This document shows positions 22,400 through 36,302 of a stretch of 64,000 bases of DNA, in pieces. The stretch lies in assembly GCF_009914755.1 (NCBI RefSeq), contig NC_060945.1; one strand, 5' to 3'. Positions within the stretch are counted from its first letter, which is position 1; each line of letters begins with the position of its first letter. A program made the position numbers and the translations under genes. The notes below the pieces were generated by a model, which made no database searches, was not told the origin of the DNA, and was given only the letters and a program-made list of their open reading frames with translations. The stretch is from the human T2T-CHM13v2.0 reference genome, Homo sapiens.

Positions 22400-22598
22400 T
22401 CCTTGTCTCTCTCACTGTGTCTGTCTTCTGTCTTACTCTCCTTCTCTGCCTGTCCATCTGTCTGTCTGTCTCTCTCTCTCTCTCCCTACCTTTCTGTTTC
22501 TCTCTCGCTAGCTCTCTCTCTCTCTGCCTGTTTCTCTCTTTCTCTCTCTGTCTTTCTCTGTCTGTCTCTTTCTCTGTCTGTCTGTCTCTTTCTCTCTG

Positions 22599-22641
<43 letters not shown>

Positions 22642-23034
22642 GCCTCTCTCACTGTGTCTGTCTTCTGTCTTATTCTCTTTCTCTCTCTGTCTCTCTCTCT
22701 CTCTCCTTTCCTGTCTGTTTTTCTCTCTCTCTCTCTCTTTCTGCCTGTTTCTCTCTGTCTGTCTCTGTCTTTCTCTGTCTGTCTGCCTCTCTCTTTCTTT
22801 TTCTGCGTCTCTCTGTCTCTCTCTCTCTCTCTCTCTGTTCCTATCTTCTGTCTTACTCTGTTTCCTTGCCTGCCTGCCTGTCTGTGTGTCTGTCTCTCTC
22901 TCTCTCTCTCTTTCTCTCTCCCTCCCTTTCTCTTTCTCTGTCTCTCTCTCTCTTTCTGTGTGTTTCTCTCTGTCTCTCTGTCCATCTCTGTCTTTCTATG
23001 TCTGTCTCTCTCTTTCTCTCTGTCTCTGTCTCTG

Positions 23035-23071
<37 letters not shown>

Positions 23072-23900
23072 GTCTCTCTCACTGTGTGTGTCTGTCTTCT
23101 GTCTTACTCTCCTTCTCTGCCTGTCCGTCTGTCTGTCTGTCTCTCCCTCTCTCTCCCTCCCTTTCTGTTTCTCTCTCTCTCTCTTTCTGTCTGTTTCTCT
23201 CTTTCTCTCTCTGTCTGTCTCTTTCTCTGTCTGTCTGTCTCTCTCTTTCTTTTTCTCTGTCTCTCTGTCTCTCTCTGTGTCTGTCTCTCTGTCTGTGCCT
23301 ATCTTCTGTCTTACTCTCTTTCTCTGGCTGTCTGCCTGTCTCTCTCTCTCTCTCTGTCTGTCTCCGTCCCTCTCTCCCTGTCTGTCTGTTTCTCTCTCTG
23401 CCTCTCTCTCTCTCTGTCTGTCTCTTTCTCTGTCTGTCTGTCTCTCTCTTTCTTTTTCTCTGTCTCTCTGTCTCTCTCTGTGTCTGTCTCTCTTTCTGTG
23501 CCTATCTTCTGTCTTACTCTCTTTCTCTGGCTGTCTGCCTGTCTCTCTCTCTCTGCCTGTCTCCGTCCCTCCCTCCCTGTCTGTCTGTTTCTCTCTCTGT
23601 CTCTGTCTCTCTGTCCATCTCTGTCTGTCTCTTTCTCTTTCTCTCTCTCTGTCTCTGTCTCTCTCTCTCTCTGCCTGTCTCTCTCACTGTGTCTGTCTTC
23701 TGTCTTACTCTCTTTCTCTGCCTGCCTCTCTGTCTGTCTGTCTCTCTCCCTCCATGTCTCTCTCTCTCTCTCACTCACTCTCTCTCCGTCTCTCTCTCTT
23801 TCTGTCTGTTTCTCTCTCTGTCTGTCTCTCTCCCTCCATGTCTCTCTCTCTCCCTCTCACTCACTCTCTCTCCGTCTCTCTCTCTCTTTCTGTCTGTTTC

Positions 23901-23943
<43 letters not shown>

Positions 23944-23980
23944 GTTTGTCTTTCTCCCTCCCTGTCTGTCTGTCTGTCTC

Positions 23981-24013
<33 letters not shown>

Positions 24014-24093
24014 TTCTCTTTCTGTCTGTTTCTCTCTATCTCTCGCTGTCCATCTCTGTCTTTCTATGTCTGTCTCTTTCTCTGTCAGTCTGT
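21394..24093 (+). repeat. CT/CTGT-rich low-complexity block 2
   Basis: Paralog of block 1 within LR2. Confidence 0.97.
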
Positions 24094-24354
24094 CAGACAC
24101 CCCCGTGCCGGGTAGGGCCCTGCCCCTTCCACGAGAGTGAGAAGCGCGTGCTTCGGTGCTTAGAGAGGCCGAGAGGAATCTAGACAGGCGGGCCTTGCTG
24201 GGCTTCCCCACTCGGTGTACGATTTCGGGAGGTCGAGGCCGGGTCCCCGCTTGGATGCGAGGGGCATTTTCAGACTTTTCTCTCGGTCACGTGTGGCGTC
24301 CGTACTTCTCCTATTTCCCCGATAAGCTCCTCGACTTCAACATAAACTGTTAAG

Positions 24355-24557
24355 GCCGGACGCAACACGGCGAAACCCCGTCTCTACTAAAAATACAAAG
24401 CTGAGTCGGGAGCGGTGGGGCAGGCCCCTGTAATGCCAGCTCCTCGGGAGGCTGAGGCGGGAGAATCGCTTGAACCAGGGAAGCGGAGGCTGCAGGGAGC
24501 CGAGATCGCGCCACTGCACTACGGCCCAGGCTGTAGAGTGAGTGAGACTCGGTCTCT
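24355..24557 (+). mobile_element. Internally deleted Alu
   Basis: GGCCGGACGC is joined directly to AACACGGCGAAACCCCGTCTCTACTAAAAATAC, followed by the right arm. Confidence 0.82.
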
Positions 24558-24638
24558 AAATAAATACGGAAATTAATTAATTCATTAATTCTTTTCCCTG
24601 CTGACGGACATTTGCAGGCAGGCATCGGTTGTCTTCGG

Positions 24639-24655
24639 GCATCACCTAGCGGCCA
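24639..24655 (-). promoter_or_regulatory. CTCF-like motif
   Basis: Minus strand reads TGGCCGCTAGGTGATGC, close to the CTCF core consensus. Confidence 0.6.
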
Positions 24656-25751
24656 CTGTTATTGAAAGTCGACGTGACACGGAGGGAGGTCTCGCCGACT
24701 TCACCGAGCCTGGGGCAACGGGTTTCTCTCTCTCCCTTCTGGAGGCCCCTCCCTCTCTCCCTCGTTGCCTAGGGAACCTCGCCTAGGGAACCTCCGCCCT
24801 GGCGGGGGCCCTATTGTTCTTTGATCGGCGCTTTACTTTTCTTTGTGTTTTGGCGCCTAGACTCTTCTACTTGGGCTTTGGGAAGGGTCAGTTTAATTTT
24901 CAAGTTGCCCCCCGGCTCCCCCCACTACCCACGTCCCTTCACCTTAATTTAGTGAGTCGGTTAGGTGGGTTTCCCCCAAACCGCCCCCCCCCCCCCCCGC
25001 CTCCCAACACCCTGCTTGGAAACCTTCCAGAGCCACCCCGGTGTGCCTCCGTCTTCTCTCCCCTTCCCCCACCCCTTGCCGGCGATCTCATTCTTGCCAG
25101 GCTGACATTTGCATCGGTGGGCGTCAGGCCTCACTCGGGGGCCACCGTTTTTGAAGATGGGGGCGGCACGGTCCCACTTCCCCGGAGGCAGCTTGGGCCG
25201 ATGGCATAGCCCCTTGACCCGCGTGGGCAAGCGGGCGGGTCTGCAGTTGTGAGGCTTTTCCCCCCGCTGCTTCCCGCCTCAGGCCTCCCTCCCTAGGAAA
25301 GCTTCACCCTGGCTGGGTCTCGGTCACCTTTTATCACGATGTTTTAGTTTCTCCGCCCTCCGGCCAGCAGAGTTTCACAATGCGAAGGGCGCCACGGCTC
25401 TAGTCTGGGCCTTCTCAGTACTTGCCCAAAATAGAAACGCTTTCTGAAAACTAATAACTTTGCTCACTTAAGATTTCCAGGGACGGCGCCTTGGCCCGTG
25501 TTTGTTGGCTTGTTTTGTTTCGTTCTGTTTTGTTTTGTTCGTGTTTTTCCTTTCTCGTATGTCTTTCTTTTCAGGTGAAGTAGAAATCCCCAGTTTTCAG
25601 GAAGACGTCTATTTTCCCCAAGACACGTTAGCTGCCGTTTTTTCCTGTTGTGAACTAGCGCTTTTGTGACTCTCTCAACGTGCAGTGAGAGCCGGTTGAT
25701 GTTTACTATCCTTCATCATGACATCTTATTTTCTAGAAATCCGTAGGCGAA

Positions 25752-25837
25752 TGCTGCTGCTGCTCTTGTTGCTGTTGTTGTTGTTGTTGTTGTCGTCGTT
25801 GCTGTTGTCGTTGTCGTTGTTGTTGTCGTTGTCGTTG
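25752..25837. repeat. (GCT/GTT/GTC)n triplet repeat
   Basis: Direct reading. Confidence 0.9.
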
Positions 25838-25914
25838 TTTTCAAAGTATACCCCGGCCACCGTTTATGGGATCAAAAGCATTATAAAATATGTGTGATTA
25901 TTTCTTGAGCACGC

Positions 25915-26512
25915 CCTTCCTCCCCCTCTCTCTGTCTCTCTGTCTGTCTCTGTCTCTCTCTTTCTCTGTCTGTCTTCTCTCTCTCTCTCTCTCTGTGTCT
26001 CTCTCTCTCTGCCTGTCTGTTTCTCTCTCTCTGCCTCTCTCTCTCTCTCTCTCTCTGCCTGTCTCTCTCACTGTGTCTGTCTTCTGTCTTACTCCCTTTC
26101 TCTGTCTGTCTGTCGGTCTCTCTCTCTCTCTCTCCCTGTCTGTATGTTTCTCTCTGTCTCTGTCTCTCTCTCTCTTTCTGTTTCTCTCTCTCCGTCTCTG
26201 TCTTTCTCTGACTGTCTCTCTCTTTCCTTCTCTCTGTCTCTCTCTGCCTGTCTCTCTCACTCTGTCTTCTGTCTTACTCTCTCTCTCTGCCTGCCTGTCT
26301 CTCTCACTCTCTCTCTCTGTGTGTCTCTCTCTCTCTTTCTGTTTCTCTCTGTCTCTCTGTCCGTCTCTGTCTTTCTCTGTCTGTCTCTTTGTCTGTCTGT
26401 CTTTGTCTTTCCTTCTCTCTGTCTCTGTCTCTCTCACTGTGTCTGTCTTCTGTCTTAGTCTCTCTCTCTCTCTCTCCCTGTCTGTCTGTCTCTCTCTCTC
26501 TCTCCCCCTGTC

Positions 26513-26555
<43 letters not shown>

Positions 26556-27084
26556 TTGTCTTTCTTTCTGTCTCTGTCTCTCTCTCTCTCTCTGTGTGTC
26601 TGTCTTCTGTCTTACTGTCTTTCTCTGCCTGTCTGTCTGTCTGTCTCTCTCTGTCTGTCTCTCTCTCTCTCTCCCCCCTGTCGGCTGTTTCTCTGTCTCT
26701 GTCTGTGTCTCTCTTTCTGTCTGTTTCTCTCTGTCTGTCTTTCTCTCTCTGTCTCTTTCTCTCTGTCTCTCTGTCTGTCTCTGTCTCTCTCTCTGTCTCT
26801 CTCTCTCTGTGGGGGTGTGTGTGTGTGTGTGTATGTGTGTGTGTGTGTGTGTGTGTGTCTGCCTTCTGTCTTACTCTCTTTCTCTGCCTGTCTGTCTGCC
26901 TGTCTGTTTGTCTCTCTCTCTCTGCCTGTCTCTCTCCCTTCCTGTCTGTTTCTCTCTCTTTCTGTTTCTCTCTGTCTCTGTCCATCTCTGTCTTTCTCCG
27001 TCTGTCTCTTTATCTGTCTCTCTCTCTCTTTCTGTCTTTCTCTCTCTGTGTATCGTTGTCTCTCTCTGTCTGTCTCTGTCTCTG

Positions 27085-27117
<33 letters not shown>

Positions 27118-27180
27118 GTCTGTCTGTCCGTCTGTCTGTCTCGGTCTCTGGCTCTCGCTATCTCCCGCCCTCTCTTTTTT
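25915..27180 (+). repeat. CT-rich block 3, including (TG)n at ~26815-26858
   Basis: Same composition and anchor motif as blocks 1 and 2. Confidence 0.95.
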
Positions 27181-28460
27181 TGCAAAAGAAGCTCAAGTAC
27201 ATCTAATCTAATCCCTTACCAAGGCCTGAATTCTTCACTTCTGACATCCCAGATTTGATCTCCCTACAGAATGCTGTACAGAACTGGCGAGTTGATTTCT
27301 GGACTTGGATACCTCATAGAAACTACATATGAATAAAGATCCAATCCTAAAATCTGGGGTGGCTTCTCCCTCGACTGTCTCGAAAAATCGTACCTCTGTT
27401 CCCCTAGGATGCCGGAAGAGTTTTCTCAATGTGCATCTGCCCGTGTCCTAAGTGATCTGTGACCGAGCCCTGTCCGTCCTGTCTCAAATATGTACGTGCA
27501 AACACTTCTCTCCATTTCCACAACTACCCACGGCCCCTTGTGGAACCACTGGCTCTTTGAAAAAAATCCCAGAAGTGGTTTTGGCTTTTTGGCTAGGAGG
27601 CCTAAGCCTGCTGAGAACTTTCCTGCCCAGGATCCTGTGTGACCAAAAGTGCCTCTGCTGGGAGCTGGGATCCTCGGGACCATGCTTGCTAGCGCTGGAT
27701 GAGTCTCTGGAAGGACGCACGGGACTCCGCAAAGCTGACCTGTCCCACCGAGGTCAAATGGATACCTCTGCATTGGCCCGAGGCCTCCGAAGTACATCAC
27801 CGTCACCAACCGTCACCGTCAGCATCCTTGTGAGCCTGCCCAAGGCCCCGCCTCCGGGGAGACTCTTGGGAGCCCGGCCTTCGTCGGCTAAAGTCCAAAG
27901 GGATGGTGACTTCCACCCACAAGGTCCCCACTGAACGGCGAAGATGTGGAGCGTAGGTCAGAGAGGGGACCAGGAGGGGAGACGTCCCGACAGGCGACGA
28001 GTTCCCAAGGCTCTGGCCACCCCACCCACGCCCCACGCCCCACGTCCCGGGCACCCGCGGGACACCGCCGCTTTATCCCCTCCTCTGTCCACAGCCGGCC
28101 CCACCCCACCACGCAACCCACGCACACACGCTGGAGGTTCCAAAACCACACGGTGTGACTAGAGCCTGACGGAGCGAGAGCCCATTTCACGAGGTGGGAG
28201 GGGTGGGGGTGGGGTGGGTTGGGGGTTGTGGGGTCTGTGGCGAGCCCGATTCTCCCTCTTGGGTGGCTACAGGCTAGAAATGAATATCGCTTCTTGGGCG
28301 GAGGGGCTTCCTTAGGCCATCACCGCTTGCGGGACTACCTCTCAAACCCTCCCTTGAGGCCACAAAATAGATTCCACCCCACCCATCGACGTTTCCCCCG
28401 GGTGCTGGATGTATCCTGTCAAGAGACCTGAGCCTGACACCGTCGAATTAAACACCTTGA

Positions 28461-28685
<225 letters not shown>

Positions 28686-28727
28686 TAGATTCGAGCCACA
28701 CCTCATTCCGTGCCACAGAGAGACTTC

Positions 28728-30465
28728 TTTTTTTTTTTTTTTTTAAGCGCAACGCAACATGTCTGCCTTATTTGAGTGGCTTCCTATATCATTATAATTG
28801 TGTTATAGATGAAGAAACGGTATTAAACACTGTGCTAATGATAGTGAAAGTGAAGACAAAAGAAAGGCTATCTATTTTGTGGTTAGAATAAAGTTGCTCA
28901 GTATTTAGAGCTACCTAAATACGTCAGCATTTACACTCTTCCTAGTAAAAGCTGGCCAATCTGAATAATCCTCCTTTAAACAAACACAATTTTTGATAGG
29001 GTTAAGATTTTTTTAAGAATGCGACTCCTGCAAAATAGCTGAACAGACGATACACATTTAAAAAAATAACAACACAAGGATCAACCAGACTTGGGAAAAA
29101 ATCGAAAACCACACAAGTCTTATGAAGAACTGAGTTCTTAAAATAGGACGGAGAACGTAGCTATCGGAAGAGAAGGCAGTATTGGCAAGTTGATTGTTAC
29201 GTTGGTCAGCAGTAGCTGGCACTATCTTTTTGGCCATCTTTCGGGCAATGTAACTACTACAGCAAAATGAGATATGATCCATTAAACAACATATTCGCAA
29301 ATCAAAAAGTGTTTCAGTAATATAATGCTTCAGATTTAGAAGCAAATCAAATGATAGAACTCCACTGCTGTAATAAGTCACCCCAAAGATCACCGTATCT
29401 GACAAAATAACTACCACAGGGTTATGACTTCAGAATCATACTTTCTCTTGATATTTACTTATGTATGTATTTATTTTTTTTAATTTATTTCTCTTGAGAC
29501 GGCGTCTCGCTCTGTCGCCCAGGCTGGAGTGCGATGGTGTGATCTCGGCTCACTGCAACCGCCACCTCCCTGGGTTCAAGCGATTCTCCTGCCTCAGCCT
29601 CCCGAGTAGCTGGGACTACAGGTGCCCGCCACCACGCCCAGCTAATCTTTATACTTTTAATAGAGACGGGGTTTCACCGTGTCGGCCCGGATGGTCTCGA
29701 TCTCTTGACCTCGTGACCCGCCCGCCTCGGCCTCCCAAAGTGCTGGGATGACAGGCGTGAGCCACTGAGCCCGGCCTTCTCTTGACGTTTAAACTATGAA
29801 GTCAGTCCAGAGAAACGCAATAAATGTCAACGGTGAGGATGGTGTTGAGGCAGAAGTAGGACCACACTTTTTCCTATCTTATTCAGTTGATAACAATATG
29901 ACCTAGGTAGTAATTTCCTATGTGCCTACTTATACACGAGTACAAAAGAGTAAAACAGAGAGACTGCTAAATTAAAGGGTACGTGAAGTTCTTCATAGTA
30001 ACTCCGTAAACTGGAACACTGTCAAAAAGCAGCAGCTAGTGAATTGTTTCCATGTATTTTTCTATGATCCAATAAGTGAACTATGCTATTCCTTTCCAGT
30101 CTCCCAAGCACTTCTTGTCCCCATCACCACTTCGGTGCTCGAAGAAAAAGTAACAAATCAAGGAACACAACTAAAGAAACACACACACAAACCAAAGACA
30201 ACTACAGCGTCTGCAAAAGTTTGCTAGAAGACTGAAACTGTTGAGTATAAGGATCTGGTATTCTACGATCATGAGTTCACTTCAGAGTTTGTTCAAGACA
30301 TACGTTTCGTAAGGAAACATCTTAGTTAGAAGTTATTCAGCAGTAGGTACCATCCCTAAGTATTTTTCACCAAATTCGTGACAATAAAGAGCTATCTAAC
30401 CAGAAAAATTAGCGAGTACCGGCACCATCCATAGGGCTTTGTCTTTACGCTTCATTAGCACTTAC
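28728..30465 (-). pseudogene. Probable intron-derived 3' part and poly(A) tail of the CDC27 retrocopy
   Basis: Begins with the donor GTAAGT right after exon sequence, is AT-rich, and ends AATAAG-22 nt-A17 next to a TSD copy. Confidence 0.7.
29495..29776 (-). mobile_element. Full-length Alu with 15-bp TSD
   Basis: TSD TTCTCTTGATATTTA (29443-29457) / TTCTCTTGACGTTTA (29777-29791). Confidence 0.92.
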
Positions 30466-32523
30466 CATGCCTTACAATGTCTAGGATTGACCCTGATAGC
30501 ATTTCGAAAACAAGCTAATGCTTTGTCCAGTTCTTCAGTGAAGACAAGCTCACGCCCTAATGCGCTATAGGCATAAGCATCATTTGGATCCACTTCGAGA
30601 GTTCTCTGGAAGAATTGAATCGCAATATCGTGTTCCCGTTGCAGACCGAAACAGTTCCCTGCAGCACACCAGGCCTCTGGCTGGCGAATTTTTATCCATG
30701 TCTGTGAAGTCTTTGGACAGAACTGAAAGAGCAACCTCTTTCGGAGGATGCCAAAGTGTTGTAGAGTAGATCTCCATGCCTTCGACTCTGTAATTCTCAA
30801 TCCTCCTAACCTCTGAGAATTGTCTTTCAGCTTGCGTGGACTCTGAAAGTTTACAATAGGCCCTTCCGATTTGGCACAGTACCCAACCGGTATTGCGGTG
30901 GTGAGAAGCTAGATGGCTCAAGATGCTGATAGCTTCTTTGCCGTGGTAAGAACACAAAGCTAAATAACCTTTCCCCCTTTCACGAAGAAGGCTCATCAAG
31001 CCTTCCGCTGCTGCTTTTTGTAGATTAAAAGCCTGAATCTGAGGCGCGATTGCGGCTATTTTCCCTTCTGAAATGACGGAAGAGTCCAATTTTGTCACTT
31101 CCAGGCTATCACTTATGTTCGGTGGAGTTATTGCTCCTTTATTAGTTTTACTTTTGGTTCTTCTGTTTGGGATTTTAGGTGGAAACTTCATTTTTAATTT
31201 TCTCCTATTCTCCTCGGTTGTGGAGCTGTCACTAGTCAAGAGTCGTGAATGTCTTCGAGGCGGTGCATTTGGGGGAGATGCCATAGTGGGGCTCAATACC
31301 TGAGGTGTTGCCCTTGTCGGCGGACCAGAACTTTGTGTTTTTGCAAGGACTGGAGTTACCTTTCGGCTCTTTCCCCTCTGCGAGAAGACAGACGGTGTTC
31401 CGGTTTGGCCGATTCTGGCAACAGGCTTTTTTGAAGGGGCTCCGGTGGATGGCACGTCAATGACAGACGGTGTCTCATACCAGTGCAGTTTTGTCAATAG
31501 GGTCCGTCTCCGGGACTTGGGGTTTCTAATGGCAAAATGCCAACACTTGGGGTTAATGGACTAACAGCTGCTGGTCCTCCTAATAAACTTCGACCAGTTT
31601 TTGGTTTATGTTGAACCTGTTTAGATCATATGGAAGTTCCTGTTCCCAGTGGGACAGTATCAGGTGAAAGGACAGCTGAATCGATAGAAGACACTGGGGA
31701 GTCTGTATTCAAGGAGTACTTTGAATTGGAAGATTCTAAATTCCATCCGTTTCATTCGACGGTGTCCTGGGGTGTTTCCGTAAGAACGGTCTCGGGCTGT
31801 CTGTGACATAAACTAGGACGAGGTCCAAGTGTTGTGGCGCAACACTTGGACAGGCAGTTGCTAAAGCTCTCTAGAGAGGTGAATCAAAATGTTTGGTCAG
31901 GATCTGGCTTTTCCCCCCTATTTCACATCATGATTCAAAGGGACACCAGAGGAAAGGATTTCAACGAAGGCTCTTTTGGTCACATTCTGATCCTTTGGTA
32001 AGCCGATCTGTCTTGCAATATACATGTCCCGACGATGGAAGGGGAAAGCGAGCTGAATCACCAAACTCAGGAACGATAATATCATCGTGGCTTTTCTGCT
32101 TATGAAACACTCCACCCGATAAGATTTGATCCCCTTCTGCAAGCTTGCTGAGATCAACACAACATTTCGCAAGCAGGCATTTGCATTGCGGGGTAGTACA
32201 ACTGTGTCCTTTCAAGAGTCTATATGTTTTATAGGCCTTTCCTGAGCGGTAAGAACAGGTCGCCAGTAAGAACAAGGCTTCTTCTGAGTGTACTTCTGCA
32301 TAAAGGCGTTCTGCGGGGGAAACCGCATCTCGGTAGGCATAGTGGTTTAGTGCTTGCCATATAGCAGCCTGGACGGGTCCCTGCAGCACCGCCATCCTCG
32401 AGGCTCAGGCCCACTTTCTGCAGTGCCACAGGCACCCCCCCCCCCCATAGCGGCTCCGGCCCGGCCAGCCCCGGCTCATTTAAAGGCACCAGCCGCCGTT
32501 ACCGGGGGATGGGGGAGTCCGAG
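30466..32523 (-). pseudogene. CDC27P: CDC27 (APC3) processed pseudogene: 5'UTR plus N-terminal ~three quarters of the CDS, with stops and frameshifts
   Basis: ORF pieces MAVLQGPVQAAIWQALNHYAYRDAV (ATG at 32395), VIDVPSTGAPSKK..YRVEGMEIYSTTLWH and EAWCAAGNCF..LDKALACFRNAIRVNPRH match CDC27 with no introns; stop after codon 144. Confidence 0.96.
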
Positions 32524-33048
32524 ACAGAATGACTTCTTTATCCTGCTGACTCTGGAAAGCCCGGCGCCTTGTGATCCATTGCAAACCGAGAGTCACCTCG
32601 TGTTTAGAACACGGATCCACTCCCAAGTTCAGTGGGGGGATGTGAGGGGTGTGGCAGGTAGGACGAAGGACTCTCTTCCTTCTGATTCGGTCTGCACAGT
32701 GGGGCCTAGGGCTGGAGCTCTCTCCGTGCGGACCGCTGACTCCCTCTACCTTGGGTTCCCTCGGCCCCACCCTGGAACGCCGGGCCTTGGCAGATTCTGG
32801 CCCTTCCTGGCCCTTCAGTCGCTGTCAGAAACCCCATCTCATGCTCGGATGCCCCGAGTGACTGTGGCTCGCACCTCTCCGGAAACATTGGAAATCTCTC
32901 CTCTACGCGCGGCCACCTGAAACCACAGGAGCTCGGGACACACGTGCTTTCGGGAGAGAATGCTGAGAGTCTCTTGCCGACTCTCTCTTGACTTGAGTTC
33001 TTCGTGGGTGCGTGGTTAAGACGTAGTGAGACCAGATGTATTAACTCA

Positions 33049-34196
<1,148 letters not shown>

Positions 34197-34742
34197 CCCC
34201 CCCTTTCCCCTTCCCCCGCTTGTCTTCCCGACAGACAGTTTCACGGCAGAGCGTTTGGCTGGCGTGCTTAAACTCATTCTAAATAGAAATTTGGGACGTC
34301 AGCTTCTGGCCTCACGGACTCTGAGCCGAGGAGTCCCCTGGTCTGTCTATCACAGGACCGTACACGTAAGGAGGAGAAAAATCGTAACGTTCAAAGTCAG
34401 TCATTTTGTGATACAGAAATACACGGATTCACCCAAAACACAGAAAGCAGTCTTTTAGAAATGGCCTTAGCCCTGGTGTCCGTGCCAGTGATTCTTTTCG
34501 GTTTGGACCTTGACTGAGAGGATTCCCAGTCGGTCTCTCGTCTCTGGACGGAAGTTCCAGATGATCCGATGGGTGGGGGACTTAGGCTGCGTCCCCCCAG
34601 GAGCCCTGGTCGATTAGTTGTGGGGATCGCCTTGGAGGGCGCGGTGACCCACTGTGCTGTGGGAGCCTCCATCCTTCCCCCCACCCCCTCCCCAGGGGAT
34701 CCCAATTCATTCCGGGCTGACACGCTCACTGGCAGGCGTCGG

Positions 34743-34759
34743 GCATCACCTAGCGGTCA
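34743..34759 (-). promoter_or_regulatory. CTCF-like motif ~4.9 kb upstream of the 47S start
   Basis: Minus strand reads TGACCGCTAGGTGATGC. Confidence 0.6.
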
Positions 34760-35011
34760 CTGTTACTCTGAAAACGGAGGCCTCACAGAGGAAGGGAGCA
34801 CCAGGCCGCCTGCGCACAGCCTGGGGCAACTGTGTCTTCTCCACCGCCCCCGCCCCCACCTCCAAGTTCCTCCCTCCCTTGTTGCCTAGGAAATCGCCAC
34901 TTTGACGACCGGGTCTGATTGACCTTTGATCAGGCAAAAACGAACAAACAGATAAATAAATAAAATAACACAAAAGTAACTAACTAAATAAAATAAGTCA
35001 ATACAACCCAT

Positions 35012-35133
35012 TACAATACAATAAGATACGATACGATAGGATGCGATAGGATACGATAGGATACAATACAATACGATACGATACAATACAATACAATACA
35101 ATACAATACAATACAATACAATACAATACAATA
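35012..35133. repeat. (AATAC/GATAC/GATAG)n pentamer repeat
   Basis: Direct reading. Confidence 0.92.
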
Positions 35134-35967
<834 letters not shown>

Positions 35968-36302
35968 TTAACTTCATTTTATGTTATTATCATGATTGAT
36001 GTTTCGAGACGGAGTCTCGGAGGCCCGCCCTCCCTGGTTGCCCAGACAACCCCGGGAGACAGACCCTGGCTGGGCCCGATTGTTCTTCTCCTTGGTCAGG
36101 GGTTTCCTTGTCTTTCTTCGTGTCTTTAACCCGCGTGGACTCTTCCGCTCGGGTTTGACAGATGGCAGCTCCACTTTAGGCCTTGTTGTTGTTGGGGACT
36201 TTCCTGATTCTCCCCAGATGTAGTGAAAGCAGGTAGATTTGCCTTGCCTGGACTTGCCTGGCCTTGCCTTTTCTTTCTTTCTTTCTTTATTACTTTCTCT
36301 TT

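Noticed and set aside
29058-29417. 119-aa minus-strand ORF in AT-rich DNA
   Set aside because: No recognisable homology; it lies within the presumed intron-derived tail of the retrocopy.
36155-36170. TTGACAGATGGCAGC as a fourth CTCF site
   Set aside because: It matches only the 3' half of the core and lacks the conserved CC.
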